From NCBI GenBank assembly GCA_030167865.1, contig JALAGF010004219.1, forward strand, positions 61,014-81,013: DNA of 20,000 bases, read 5' to 3'. This DNA comes from Craspedostauros australis (taxonomy: Eukaryota). Positions within the stretch are counted from its first letter, which is position 1; each line of letters starts with the position of its first letter. Both the position numbers and the translations under genes were made by a program. The notes below the pieces were generated by a model. That model was not told where the DNA came from, did not search any database, and was given only the letters and a program-made list of their open reading frames with translations. This document shows positions 9,801 to 18,818 of the stretch, in pieces.

Positions 9801-12800
9801 AGTTGCCATGGATGTCGAAAACCTACCAACTCCCAGTCAGTCTCAATCCAAGCTCAATGCCCCACGCACGGAGAAGACCAACGATGCAGCTGAAGCGCAG
9901 AGAGTGACTGCGGTTCCCAGCAAATCGCTGGGAACGCACAACACCACCTCCACGCCCAAGACGGGGACAGACACCAGCACTAACACCAATGCGCCGGGCA
10001 AGACGGCAACGTCACCTCCACAGCAACAGCAACAGACCAAGACAAAAGAAAAGGCCAAGGCAACACCCGTGGACGGCACAACACTAACCTACCAACCAAA
10101 TTCACGACCATTAGTTGAGAAGCTGGCAGACACGAATCAGCAGCTTGGCAATCAACAAGGACGAACACCATCATCAGTACCAGCACCAGCTCCCGTTCCT
10201 GGTGTTGGGACGCAGAAGCCACCGATGAAGGGAACGGAGGCGATCATAAACACGAAACAAGAAGACCTAAAGGAAGCGCCAAAGGCGAAGGTAGACCCAA
10301 ACACTGCGCGTGTCAAGGGTGGGGGCAGTCCATCGGAGCCTGATGGTGGTGCGAAAAAGCAACAGCTGAATGATGCGAGCAAGGTTGGAGGAGCAGGCAA
10401 GGACACTGGTTCACCAAGGAAGCTATCGTTGACCATTCGCATGCCCAACATCAAACACGTTCAAGCTTTAGCGGAGGCTGCGAAGCACAACGCCGACCAA
10501 GATCTTGCCGATGACGAGGTGGACGAAGACGGAGGAGATGGCGTTGAGGATGGCGAGGTCAAGGACGACGCCTCCGGACTGACAGGAGGCGACAGCGCAA
10601 CAACAGATGCAGAAGAAGCAGCGATGCAGCAGGGCCGCACCAAACTCAAGAGCCTTTCCATCACTCTGTCAACAAATCCAAAATCCAAAAAGAGACAGGC
10701 CAGCGACATGCATGAGGGTGAAGCATTACCACAGTCAAAGAAGCGCATTCTCATCAAGAACATATCATCGCCGTTGGTAAAAGCGCAGGACAAGAGAAAC
10801 TCATTGTCAGTTCTGCCGTCGTCACTGTCGTTATCGCTGGCAACATCCGCCAGTGATGACCAAGAACCTGCACATGGTACTGAGTCTCAGTCCTCATCGT
10901 TGCTTTCAGCTGAAGCAGCAGCAGCAGAAAAGTCAAGCAGGGCAGTTGACAGCTCAATCCAGTCATCTGATACGGACAAGGCGAAGGGAGTTGATGATGG
11001 CAGTGGATTGCAAACGAAAGGCAAGACCAAATCCAAATTTGCATCACCAAGTGGGCTTGGTTCACAGCAGCGAGACAATGCTCAGTCAGGCCACGCCGTC
11101 CCAAAGAAACGTTCCTCCAAGGGATCTCTTTCTGGGTTCGAAGAAGTTGCTTTGTCATCGTTGTCGTCTATATCCTCCAACACAATGCCCGCAAAGAAAC
11201 GCCGCAGCCCATACCAACGAACCGATTCGCCAACTCCGCTGTCCAACAAGCCTTCAGCATCGGCGTCGAAGGTATCCTCGTCGAAGGCGCAAAGATCATC
11301 TGTTGTGTCCAAAGGCACGGCCGAGGGGGATGGAGCAAAGTCTCTGGTGGACGGTGTCAGCATGAAGAAGTCGAAAGAAACTCTGCAGCAATCCGCAACG
11401 AGCGCATTCGACAACCGCCGACCACGAAAGGGAGCTAACGACGCAGATGCTTCTGAAGGTCGGAGTGCGCCTGGCACCATGGAATTGGCCACGCCTGCAC
11501 CCATCGCGAAGCTGAAGAAGAAGGCTTCATCCGACAGCCTGGCGTCAAGCCAACGCAGTGGACGCCGCGCGGCACAAGAAGCCAAGGAACGCATGATTGG
11601 CAAGGAGACCAAGGGTGGAAACGCGGCTGGCGCTGCCACGACGAGCACCGGCACAAACTCGAGCGCGAAGGATGGCTCGCAGACAGACCTTCTGAAAAAG
11701 AAGAAAAAACGCAAGAAAGAAGGCGATGGCAACGACTCCGACCTCTCTGAGAACGATCCACAGTGGGTGCAGTGCGATGGATGTGGAAAATGGCGGGTAC
11801 TGCCACCCAGCGTCGATGCATCATCTCTCCCCAATCACTGGTACTGCGACATGAATCGCTACGATCCCAAACGCAGCAACTGTGCCGCTCCAGAGCAGAC
11901 ACCCAAACAGGTCGCGAAGGAACGCAAGAAAGCAAAGAAGCGCCGCAAGCGAATGGAACAGGCCGCCGTCATGGATGCCCTCAACGAGCATTCGTCACCG
12001 TCTTTGGACGCAGGCAGCGGCAAAGTCCCAGACAAGCAACCCAGCTCGTCTGTCGAAGCTGACGTCACCACGAGCAGCAACAATACCAACAACAACAGCA
12101 GCACCAAGAAGGACGGCAGAGACCAACAGCCGCGGGTTTCGCTCGAATCAAAACCCAAACAACGTCGGGCGTCTCCGGCAACAGCGGCAAGCTCTGCTTT
12201 TGCTGCAAATGAGGCGTCAGATAGCGTGGTGACAGCGGTGCCTTCGGCACCAGCGCCAACATCAACGCAGGAGAAGGAACGGAAAAAGAAGAAGGCGAAA
12301 CAGCAGCAGCAGCAACAGCAGCAAGAAATCGAGGAAACCTGCAGTGCCGTAGTAGAAGCGGAGGCTCGGCCGAAAGGCAAGCCAGCCAAGAAGCGCGGCC
12401 GCCCGGCAAGGCAAGAATCTGCCAAGGACCCCGCCGACACAGAGAAGGAGACCCCGCCCTCTCGGCAGGAGGACATGGACAACGTGGCTTGGGTGCAATG
12501 CGAGAAATGCAACAAGTGGAGGAAGCTCCCTCCTGAAATCCAGGCCGACGACCTGCCCGACACTTGGTACTGCACTATGAATACGTGGAATCCACCATCA
12601 GCCAGCTGCGACGCACCCGAGGACAAGGCAGATGCCTTGCACCAGGACATCAACACTGGCCAAGTCGCAGCGCCCGCGCCGAGCAAGTTCTCGTACCGCA
12701 GCCTGATCTTTGGGAACGGCAAGAGGCACAATCGACCGACATCAGAAAGAACGAGAGCCGCCGAATCCATCTTCGCTCCACCCATCCAGGATGTCGAAAA

Positions 12801-13395
12801 CCAGCCTCATCCTGTCGTGATGTACGCCAAGTCGACAGCATTCCTTCCGCGAACGTCCAATTTCACGAAGAAGGAGACAACGGAAGGGAAGACGCCCGCT
12901 GTGTTCGACGTGATGGCGAAGAACAGGCTTTGGGAGACTTGCTGCAATTCGGGGTACTCCACCTCGCGTGAGGCTTGCCTGCTGAAGAAGGTGAAGTACT
13001 TCGATGACCTAGGAATCGACGACAAACAGCTGCTGAAGCTGATCGTGACTCGCGCCATCGGCGTCAGCACAATGACTTGCAACGAAGTGCTGGCAGAGTG
13101 CAAATTCAGGCAATGGGATGGCATCCCGTCCACGTGGGTGAAGCTCAGATCGGAATGCAACGAAGACCAGATCGTCAATACATTGCTGGGACTCGTCCGG
13201 GAGGGCATACTGGAGATGACGTGCAACCGAGATATGTTCACGGATATTTCCAAGTGGGTGCCGCAGTACAGGCTTTGCCGTCGGCGCAGGTACGAGGCCA
13301 TCCGTGACTCGCGATGTATGAAGATCTCGAAACCGTGGAAGCAGAGGGAGAGCGACGAAAGCCAATGGGTCAGCGGGGGTGCTGTCCACGAGTAG
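6886..13395 (+). CDS. Large chromatin-associated protein with two CW-type zinc fingers, Tudor-like domain, AT-hook and acidic tract; exons 6886-8610 and 8782-13395 (~2112 aa)
   Basis: CW1 (11758-11898): WVQCDGCGKWRVLP..LPNHWYCDMN..CAAPEQ. CW2 (12484-12624): WVQCEKCNKWRKLP..LPDTWYCTMN..CDAPED. AT-hook-like KKRGRPAR at 12388-12411. D/E tract at ~7180-7515. Tudor-like PGLRVK|VRF..WYGGRISAV..IRIKYDDGTSE is restored by splicing. First in-frame ATG is at 6886 (6877 is TTG). Confidence 0.85.
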   Translation: MSSLRLALKQSLQETGHLAVKKRGGSGRKRSSLTTTSSNGKNGDRSSNAVSSDSKSPTQKRRRRMRKRGRGKQNRRRKQRELEEAERARRAAEEVNGLNDDHTRDDDHEHRDPFGDDSDDEEHEFDSEAGDEDSDDEEHEYGHDHDDDDDDEDDHDDAEDDDDGEDGDEDDDDDDDNEEMEFDFDDEDGDEDDDDDEGDEDDEEMEFEDEVSPRRSPNRMRRKRRKRLRSRSRSMSQSHEQDGRRSPSRKSSASDQQASKSTPSSHDYDNQRDDIDGNSAKVKGKGRSRDEDGGGGGESHQVRVSQLKEKKRLRKLQKMKRLQQESASKIQNQWKKAKEDKHQRRRDRHDEHTDASTGDAPTFSGSHDVDMRQSPPPRKNAASSPTAAAAESAALPPRVSKPLNPSASTSSASANINGKDIGGGGSSSDKDHSKHGHSRHTDGDAATNAGRMGKFSHADDADTGKNNSSEANVGSGTGKTTPKRPQHESLGVASSATDAATAASGGLSTPTSVPANPTKKKKKNKNQQHQDGGGGGSSSGKSNTVPPPARDLLEWTRNLSERRCRKHMAPGLRVKVRLRPSVCPCLLPCLRPAVSAVQHNNLLISDTRIAHISLFPYVCMPHRFRARPTQQQVRFATKVKREGKVFTKRRWYGGRISAVSKEGSKIRIKYDDGTSEVSKFPDKDIVVDDTSNGTHAVSADKFVPPQMTPQSPEATVATMNDGAIAAAMSEQPDTKDQEKNQSLSNAEREQPKKASHNNLQQQQQQQYDDDQQQKQQQKQERNAKKSKGKQQATPSRSGDDRESNTKSADASSAQSQSNKSARVSAPTADTSPSQHQKLKTETGDKAVATAVASSSAEPKTPKTAKPHKDQANTKAQLVTVVQDTDMAKQANSHGKQKSALQIQKQQGATLSTAQHSSKVEGNTATKVRSDPTNERAESGDQESSMMNVTPNGQTQPAVKAGTKGAHAPQVAPVAMDVENLPTPSQSQSKLNAPRTEKTNDAAEAQRVTAVPSKSLGTHNTTSTPKTGTDTSTNTNAPGKTATSPPQQQQQTKTKEKAKATPVDGTTLTYQPNSRPLVEKLADTNQQLGNQQGRTPSSVPAPAPVPGVGTQKPPMKGTEAIINTKQEDLKEAPKAKVDPNTARVKGGGSPSEPDGGAKKQQLNDASKVGGAGKDTGSPRKLSLTIRMPNIKHVQALAEAAKHNADQDLADDEVDEDGGDGVEDGEVKDDASGLTGGDSATTDAEEAAMQQGRTKLKSLSITLSTNPKSKKRQASDMHEGEALPQSKKRILIKNISSPLVKAQDKRNSLSVLPSSLSLSLATSASDDQEPAHGTESQSSSLLSAEAAAAEKSSRAVDSSIQSSDTDKAKGVDDGSGLQTKGKTKSKFASPSGLGSQQRDNAQSGHAVPKKRSSKGSLSGFEEVALSSLSSISSNTMPAKKRRSPYQRTDSPTPLSNKPSASASKVSSSKAQRSSVVSKGTAEGDGAKSLVDGVSMKKSKETLQQSATSAFDNRRPRKGANDADASEGRSAPGTMELATPAPIAKLKKKASSDSLASSQRSGRRAAQEAKERMIGKETKGGNAAGAATTSTGTNSSAKDGSQTDLLKKKKKRKKEGDGNDSDLSENDPQWVQCDGCGKWRVLPPSVDASSLPNHWYCDMNRYDPKRSNCAAPEQTPKQVAKERKKAKKRRKRMEQAAVMDALNEHSSPSLDAGSGKVPDKQPSSSVEADVTTSSNNTNNNSSTKKDGRDQQPRVSLESKPKQRRASPATAASSAFAANEASDSVVTAVPSAPAPTSTQEKERKKKKAKQQQQQQQQEIEETCSAVVEAEARPKGKPAKKRGRPARQESAKDPADTEKETPPSRQEDMDNVAWVQCEKCNKWRKLPPEIQADDLPDTWYCTMNTWNPPSASCDAPEDKADALHQDINTGQVAAPAPSKFSYRSLIFGNGKRHNRPTSERTRAAESIFAPPIQDVENQPHPVVMYAKSTAFLPRTSNFTKKETTEGKTPAVFDVMAKNRLWETCCNSGYSTSREACLLKKVKYFDDLGIDDKQLLKLIVTRAIGVSTMTCNEVLAECKFRQWDGIPSTWVKLRSECNEDQIVNTLLGLVREGILEMTCNRDMFTDISKWVPQYRLCRRRRYEAIRDSRCMKISKPWKQRESDESQWVSGGAVHE
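8611..8781 (+). other. Spliceosomal intron (171 nt, phase 0, in-frame and stop-free)
   Basis: Donor AAG|GTAAGA and acceptor CAACAG|GTC; pyrimidine-rich; no AG from 8680 to 8779; CTCAC/CTCAT branch candidates. The 57-codon translation is compositionally alien to the protein, and its removal rejoins the Tudor-like module. Confidence 0.85.
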
Positions 13396-14149
13396 GCGAA
13401 CTCGAAGTCGAAGTTCGAAGTAGTACGAGTACGAGGACGGTAGTAGTACACGCCATTCGAAGTACAGTGCCAGTGCAGACAGTCTCCACGTCACTTGCAA
13501 GCACGTCACCATGGTACGGAGACACAGCCAAGAGCGTCTGGCGGTTCTTGCTTCATGAGCGTGCAATGCTTCGCCGTGCCTTGGAGTATTCAATTGCGCA
13601 TATAGTAGGATACAGTAGAGCCCTCTTTTTACCTTCGTATGTATGTCACACACTCCTCCTATTTTCGTAGACTGCCATTGTGGTATTGTTGCTGTTCTTG
13701 GCGCCATGCACGGATCTGGCTCTTGTCTTCAGCGAGAACAGATCCACGATAACAGAAACACGCTGCTGTCGCTCGACTTTTCGCTCCTCCGCTCATCGTG
13801 GACCGCCGATCATGTGTTTTGCTTGGTGCTCTGGTGTTCGTAGTAGTACATACTCTCCACGATTCTGCCCATAAATGGATGCATCAAGACTGCAATTCTC
13901 TCAAACCATTGAATCTATACTTCGGTGCCGTGTTGCAACAAGGGTATACCATAGTCGTACTCTACTGTGCTCAATGTACTTGTACCCCGTTGTGCAGTCA
14001 CCGAAGCACATGCGTCGCGCAGGGAAGTGCTCTTACTAGTCATCGTACAACGACGCTGGCTTGGGCTTGCGCTGATCTATGTCCCACAGTCTCTCAGTGA
14101 TGCCGTCGTGTGCGTTGTTGGTTCAGCACCCCAAGCAATCGCTCTCTCT

Positions 14150-17100
14150 CTAGAACCAAGCCGAACGACGATCAATAATTCCGGTTATCCGCCGGAATGG
14201 ATTCTTGCTCTTGGTACCTGTTGATCCATCCTTCTCATGTTCCAGCAACGCGTCGATCTTATCGATGATCTCCGCGAAGCTGGGTCGCAAGTCAGGATTC
14301 TCATGCCAGCAGGCAGTGATCAAGTCCGATAGTTCCTCTGGCCATTTCTTGTTGCATTTCATGCGCTCCCCACCGTGGATCACACTATCATAAAACGTGT
14401 CGCGGTCGTAGTCTGCGAATGGCTTCTTGCCAGCATTCATTTCCCAAAGGATGACGCCGAAGGAGTACACGTCGGCTTTGTAGTTGTACGGGAACGACCT
14501 GGCGACTTCTGGCGCCATGTAGCGCAGAGATCCCGTTTCGCCGCTCATGGAGTACTTCTCATCTGTTTTGGCATTCGAGTTTTCCAACAATCGCGCAAGG
14601 CCAAAGTCGAACACCTTGAGAGTGCCATCCAAGGCAAACCCGATGTTGTCAGGCTTCAAGTCTCTGTGCAAAACCGTGCTTCCAGGAACGGCGTCCTCGT
14701 GGCAGTACCGCATTGCCGATGCAATCGATCTGGCATATCGCAGCACGTCGACGTAGGCAATTGACTTCTTCTTCCAGAACCGCCTCCGTCTGTCTCGGAT
14801 TCGTGTGTCGTAACCCAACAGTTGCGTCAATGACCCTCCGTCCAAACGTTCCAAGACAACGAATCGGACACCTTTGCTTGTGGTGCCAGCGCCGATCAAT
14901 TCAACCACATTCAGATGGTTCAACCTCGCGTGGATTGCTGTGCGCAGATTTCGATGTTGCGGGTACGTCGGATAGAGTGATAGGATTTGAGATTTGATCG
15001 GAAACAGTATCATGCAATGAAGATATCACATACGTTAGTCAGTCCGATGTTGTATAGATGGACATGCAGCCACGCCGTGCAAGTGGGAATGAACGAGACC
15101 AGCGCGCTCGTGCTTTGCTCATCTCTGATCACAGCACGTGCGCAGTCCAACAAGAGATGCGCATCAAGCATAAGCACAAGCGCAGATGCCCGGTGCGACG
15201 TACCAACTTCAGATTCGATTTCGTTGATGGCAACGACGACGTCCTGGCATTCGGGCTTCAACGTCTTGACAACGACCGGCTTGCCGTTGAATATGGCTGT
15301 GTGTACCCAACTGTTGCCTCCGTCCGTCAAGTACTCTACATGACGCAACTGGCGCCATTTCAAAGTCAACTGCGCTCCGGTGACGGAGAACTTTCCGGCA
15401 CGTGCGTGACGCACGGCGGATTGCGTCGGACCGGCAAGTTCGAGCCTTTGGTTGTCGTTGCCGCTCTTGATAGCGACGCCATTGTTGTTATTGCTGATGT
15501 TGCTGCCGTCTCCATTGCTGTTGTGAGGTCTGATGCCATTGTTTTGCGTGATATCTTTGTAAATATTCTTGCCCACAGCAGCACTGACTTTGCGTGGGAT
15601 GTGCTCTGAACGCGACACATCCTGATGACGGTTGGTGAAGTCGTCGTAGGAGGCCGATTTTGAATTCATCCTGTGCTTTTGGCGTGAATCCAGTTGCTGC
15701 GTCAGGGTGGGATCATCGGCGGAATGATTACGTTTGTGGAGTTCCTGCCTTGACGTGTCCTGGACAAGGCCCGCTTTCGCAAGATTGGTGACGGATGCAA
15801 CCGCGGCTGCTAACGATACATGTACCAGGAATTCGATAGCAGTTGGTTTCATCACAATCCTGCGATCGTCAGGTGGATGGGGAGGAATAGTGGAGTGCCC
15901 ATTGTTTGCGGTTCGGGCAATATGCGTCCGCGCAAGCATGGCATGGTGTGGCATGGCAGAGCGTAGATTCAAGCACCAATTGTCGAGCGATAGTGTATAC
16001 GAGTAGCATGGGCATCACGGTCGAGATTGCACCCATCGGTTTACACCAACCGCAATCGCATTGGCAATCCCGTCGGAAATGAGGAGTTACCGTGGATGCG
16101 AGTGTGTACGTGAATGGACGCGAATGGGTGTGCATGTGATGGTCCGACAGTCCGATAGTGCGACATTCGTAATTGATCCATTATGGCACGAGCACAGCCA
16201 TAAGCGACATGGGCGATTTGAGGGGGGCGTAGAGATGATGGAAGCGAAACATGATGGAGGGTTGGTTCCTTTGGTGAGATGCATGGATTCGTGGGATTGT
16301 GGGAGGTTGGAATCAGCCAACACCAAGAGCCAGGCGACACAACAGAGGTTGTTGGGGAATTCGTGACGAATCCAAGGGTGCGCCCACGCGAAGTGCAATT
16401 TCAGCTGGCGCGTCGAAATTGCAGATTTGGGCGCGTGTGTGAATCCGTGTGGAATCTTTTTGTTGACACGTTTCTTCGCTCAGCGGTCGTGATGTCAACT
16501 CCAAATGACACCCATCGTCGGTATTTCATGCCGTGTTCGTGAAGCCAGTGTTTGCAACGATGGTCGGTCGCACTTGCACTTGCGCTTGCACTTGCGCTTG
16601 CACTTGCGCTTGCATTCCACGACACGCAACCGTCCAAAAGCACAGTTCAAGAGCTTGGTTTGAGCGCACGTACCTTCGGATGGAGAAGTAGATGATGGTG
16701 ACGTTGGTGTTGGATGCCTCATGACAAACAGGCACGGCCACAGCAGTATGGACATTGCTGAGGCTGCAGCGCAGCGTCTCCGCGCCATGAGATGTGTGAG
16801 CCGTGACCCAAACCACGTCGTTGGCATCCTTCGCGCGCTTGCAAAGTGCAGGTGACAATCGATGCGTTCGTTCGTTGCTGCGTTCACCGTAGTACACATC
16901 GACGAGGTCCTTGCGCACGGAGTCCTCCAAGGCTGTTGGTCTGAGATGCGAGTTGGTGAGCTGGTGTGTTTTCGGGCCCGTTCTGAGCCACATCTCGGCA
17001 ATGTCAAATCCCATGATGTCGCAGCTGGCAGCAAGGACAGATTCGACCGACGATGACGGCTGCTGGAAGAGGCGATCGTGATACAACGATCTACCACCCC

Positions 17101-18595
17101 GAATGGCTTTCATGCTGTCGAGGATTGCGGAGCTGGGTGTGTAGGCGTCGATCGCAACGCCGTCGACGGCCGAATCATCCATGATCTTCACACCGCCAGA
17201 GTGTTCCATATTGTCCATGCCATTCGCATCTCGCTTGCCATGCGTTTCACCGTTTGAGTTTGAGTTTGCATCGTTGGATGTCTGCAGGGTAGGACTACCA
17301 TCCATGGCCGGTGGTTGCAACTGTGGCTGCTGCTGCTGAGACGAGGCTTCGCCTGCAACACCGATTGTCGCTCCTGAAACAGGAGGCGAGTCCCATGATG
17401 CATTTTGTGTCTGGTGCGGTATCTCGTTGTGTTGCATTTGTTGTCGTTGATGCTGTCGGAGTTGATGCTGCTGTCTCTCCAGTTCCTCCTGTCGCATGAT
17501 CGTCATGGTGGCAAACTTGCCATCAGTGCTGCCGACTGTCCAAGGCAAACTCGTTGGAGAGAGCATTTCACTTGGTGGCATGACATTACTTGGCATCTGG
17601 TGGTTCTGCTGCTGCTGCTGCCGTTGTTGTTGCTGTTGTCGTTCATATGGATGCTGACGCTGGCGGTCGAAACGATCTGGTGGCAGTTGTGATTGTCCTT
17701 GTGATTGCGAGAGTGGATACTGGTGTGATGGCGGGAATCTCTGCTCTGGTATCATGGACGTTGGTTGCGGCTGCGATCTCTGAGGTGGACCGCGATGCTG
17801 TTGCTGCGGCATGCGCTGATCCGGATGTCTGTCTGAGTGCTGGTTTGTGCGGGGTGCAGGATCATGATCTTGATACAAGTAATCACCATGGTCATGAAGT
17901 TGCTGGTGAGAACGGGAGTGTGGGTGAGAATTCCCATGCGGATGCGATTGCGGGTGCAGATCTGATGTCGACGACGGCGTGGATCGTGTGTGCGGGTACC
18001 GCTGTGAATGGGCAAGCGGGTGTGAATGAGAGCGAGGGTGCCCGTGCGGTTGATCGTGTCCGTGTCCCTGTCCATGTCCAGATACAGATCCTGGGGCGTA
18101 TCCAGTTCTGGGCCCATAGTCAGGTCCAGATCCATGTGGAGGCCCATGTCCATGCAAATGCTCATGTCCGTGATCATACCCGTGAGACTGAGAATACGGA
18201 TCCATGTGCGAAGGCGGAGGCATGCGACGATCGGACTGCACGGAGGCCGTGCTCCCATTACGGTTGGGTCCTCTGGTGACGTTGTTGAAAGGAGGAGTGG
18301 CCACACTGGCACTTGCACTCACGCTGCCAGAGTGACCTGAATTTTTCAACGCCGTGAGAGGTTCCGAACCGGGGCCTTCGGCTGCAGATTGCGAGGGCAG
18401 GGGCGGCAGGAACACAGTCTGTGACTGTGCTTGCGACTGCGACTGCGGCTGCGATTGTCCTGTATTCGCTGGTGCCATTGATGCCTGCGGCATTACTGAA
18501 GGTTCTCCCACCACATGCCCGTTGGGTTCATTCCTGTGTGGTTGAGACTGCGGCTGCGACTGTGGTCGAGCAGAGTGGACCATTCCGCCGTTCAT
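14150..18595 (-). CDS. GAF-like sensor domain plus TKL-type protein kinase; exons 18595-16674, 15859-15204, 14937-14150 (~1121 aa)
   Basis: Exon lengths 1922+656+788=3366 nt keep frame; the junctions read FSIR-R-IVMKP and ESEV-A-IHARLNH. Kinase motifs: VVVK, alphaC Glu, HRDLKPDNIGF, DFGLAR, GSLRYMAPE, DVYSFG..WE, CW..RPSF. The ATG at 18595 is preceded by an in-frame TAA three codons upstream. Confidence 0.85.
14938..15203 (-). other. Kinase intron 2 (266 nt, phase 1)
   Basis: Donor TTG|GTACGT at 15203 and acceptor GCACAG|CA at 14938; GACTAAC branch-like motif at 15034-15040. Splicing joins kinase subdomains III and IV in frame. Confidence 0.9.
15860..16673 (-). other. Kinase intron 1 (814 nt, phase 2)
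   Basis: Donor AAG|GTACGT at 16673 and acceptor GATCGCAG|G at 15860; frame preserved; very long AG-free zone before the acceptor. Confidence 0.85.
16570..16614. repeat. Intronic hexamer/dodecamer tandem repeat (CTTGCA/CTTGCG alternating)
   Basis: gcacttgcacttgcgcttgcacttgcgcttgcacttgcgcttgca near the 5' end of kinase intron 1. Confidence 0.9.
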
Positions 18596-18773
18596 GATGT
18601 TTTATGGCCACCTCTGTTCACGTGATGACTTTGTTGCTGTGGATCTGCCGTGCTCGTGCTGTGCTCGTTGGTCCTTGCTCGCCCGAACCATCCAAACCCA
18701 ATGGTCCTCAAGCACCAATCCAGTGTATGGTGTCGACGGGATGAAGCACCCGTGGTCAGCTGCAAACAGGCGC

Positions 18774-18818
18774 CAGACACGCTGGCAGACACGCTGGCAG
18801 ACACGCTGGCAGACACGC
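18774..18818. repeat. 12-bp minisatellite (CAGACACGCTGG)x3.75 upstream of the kinase ATG
   Basis: Exact copies start at 18774, 18786 and 18798, with a partial copy at 18810. Confidence 0.9.

Noticed and set aside
11082-13707. Long antisense ORFs (250, 308, 214, 232 aa) over the CW gene
   Set aside because: Antisense shadows of a long coding region, without independent protein features.
14150-18595. Three independent genes (287, 320 and 689 aa ORFs)
   Set aside because: The kinase domain is split between two of them, and canonical in-frame splice junctions join all three.
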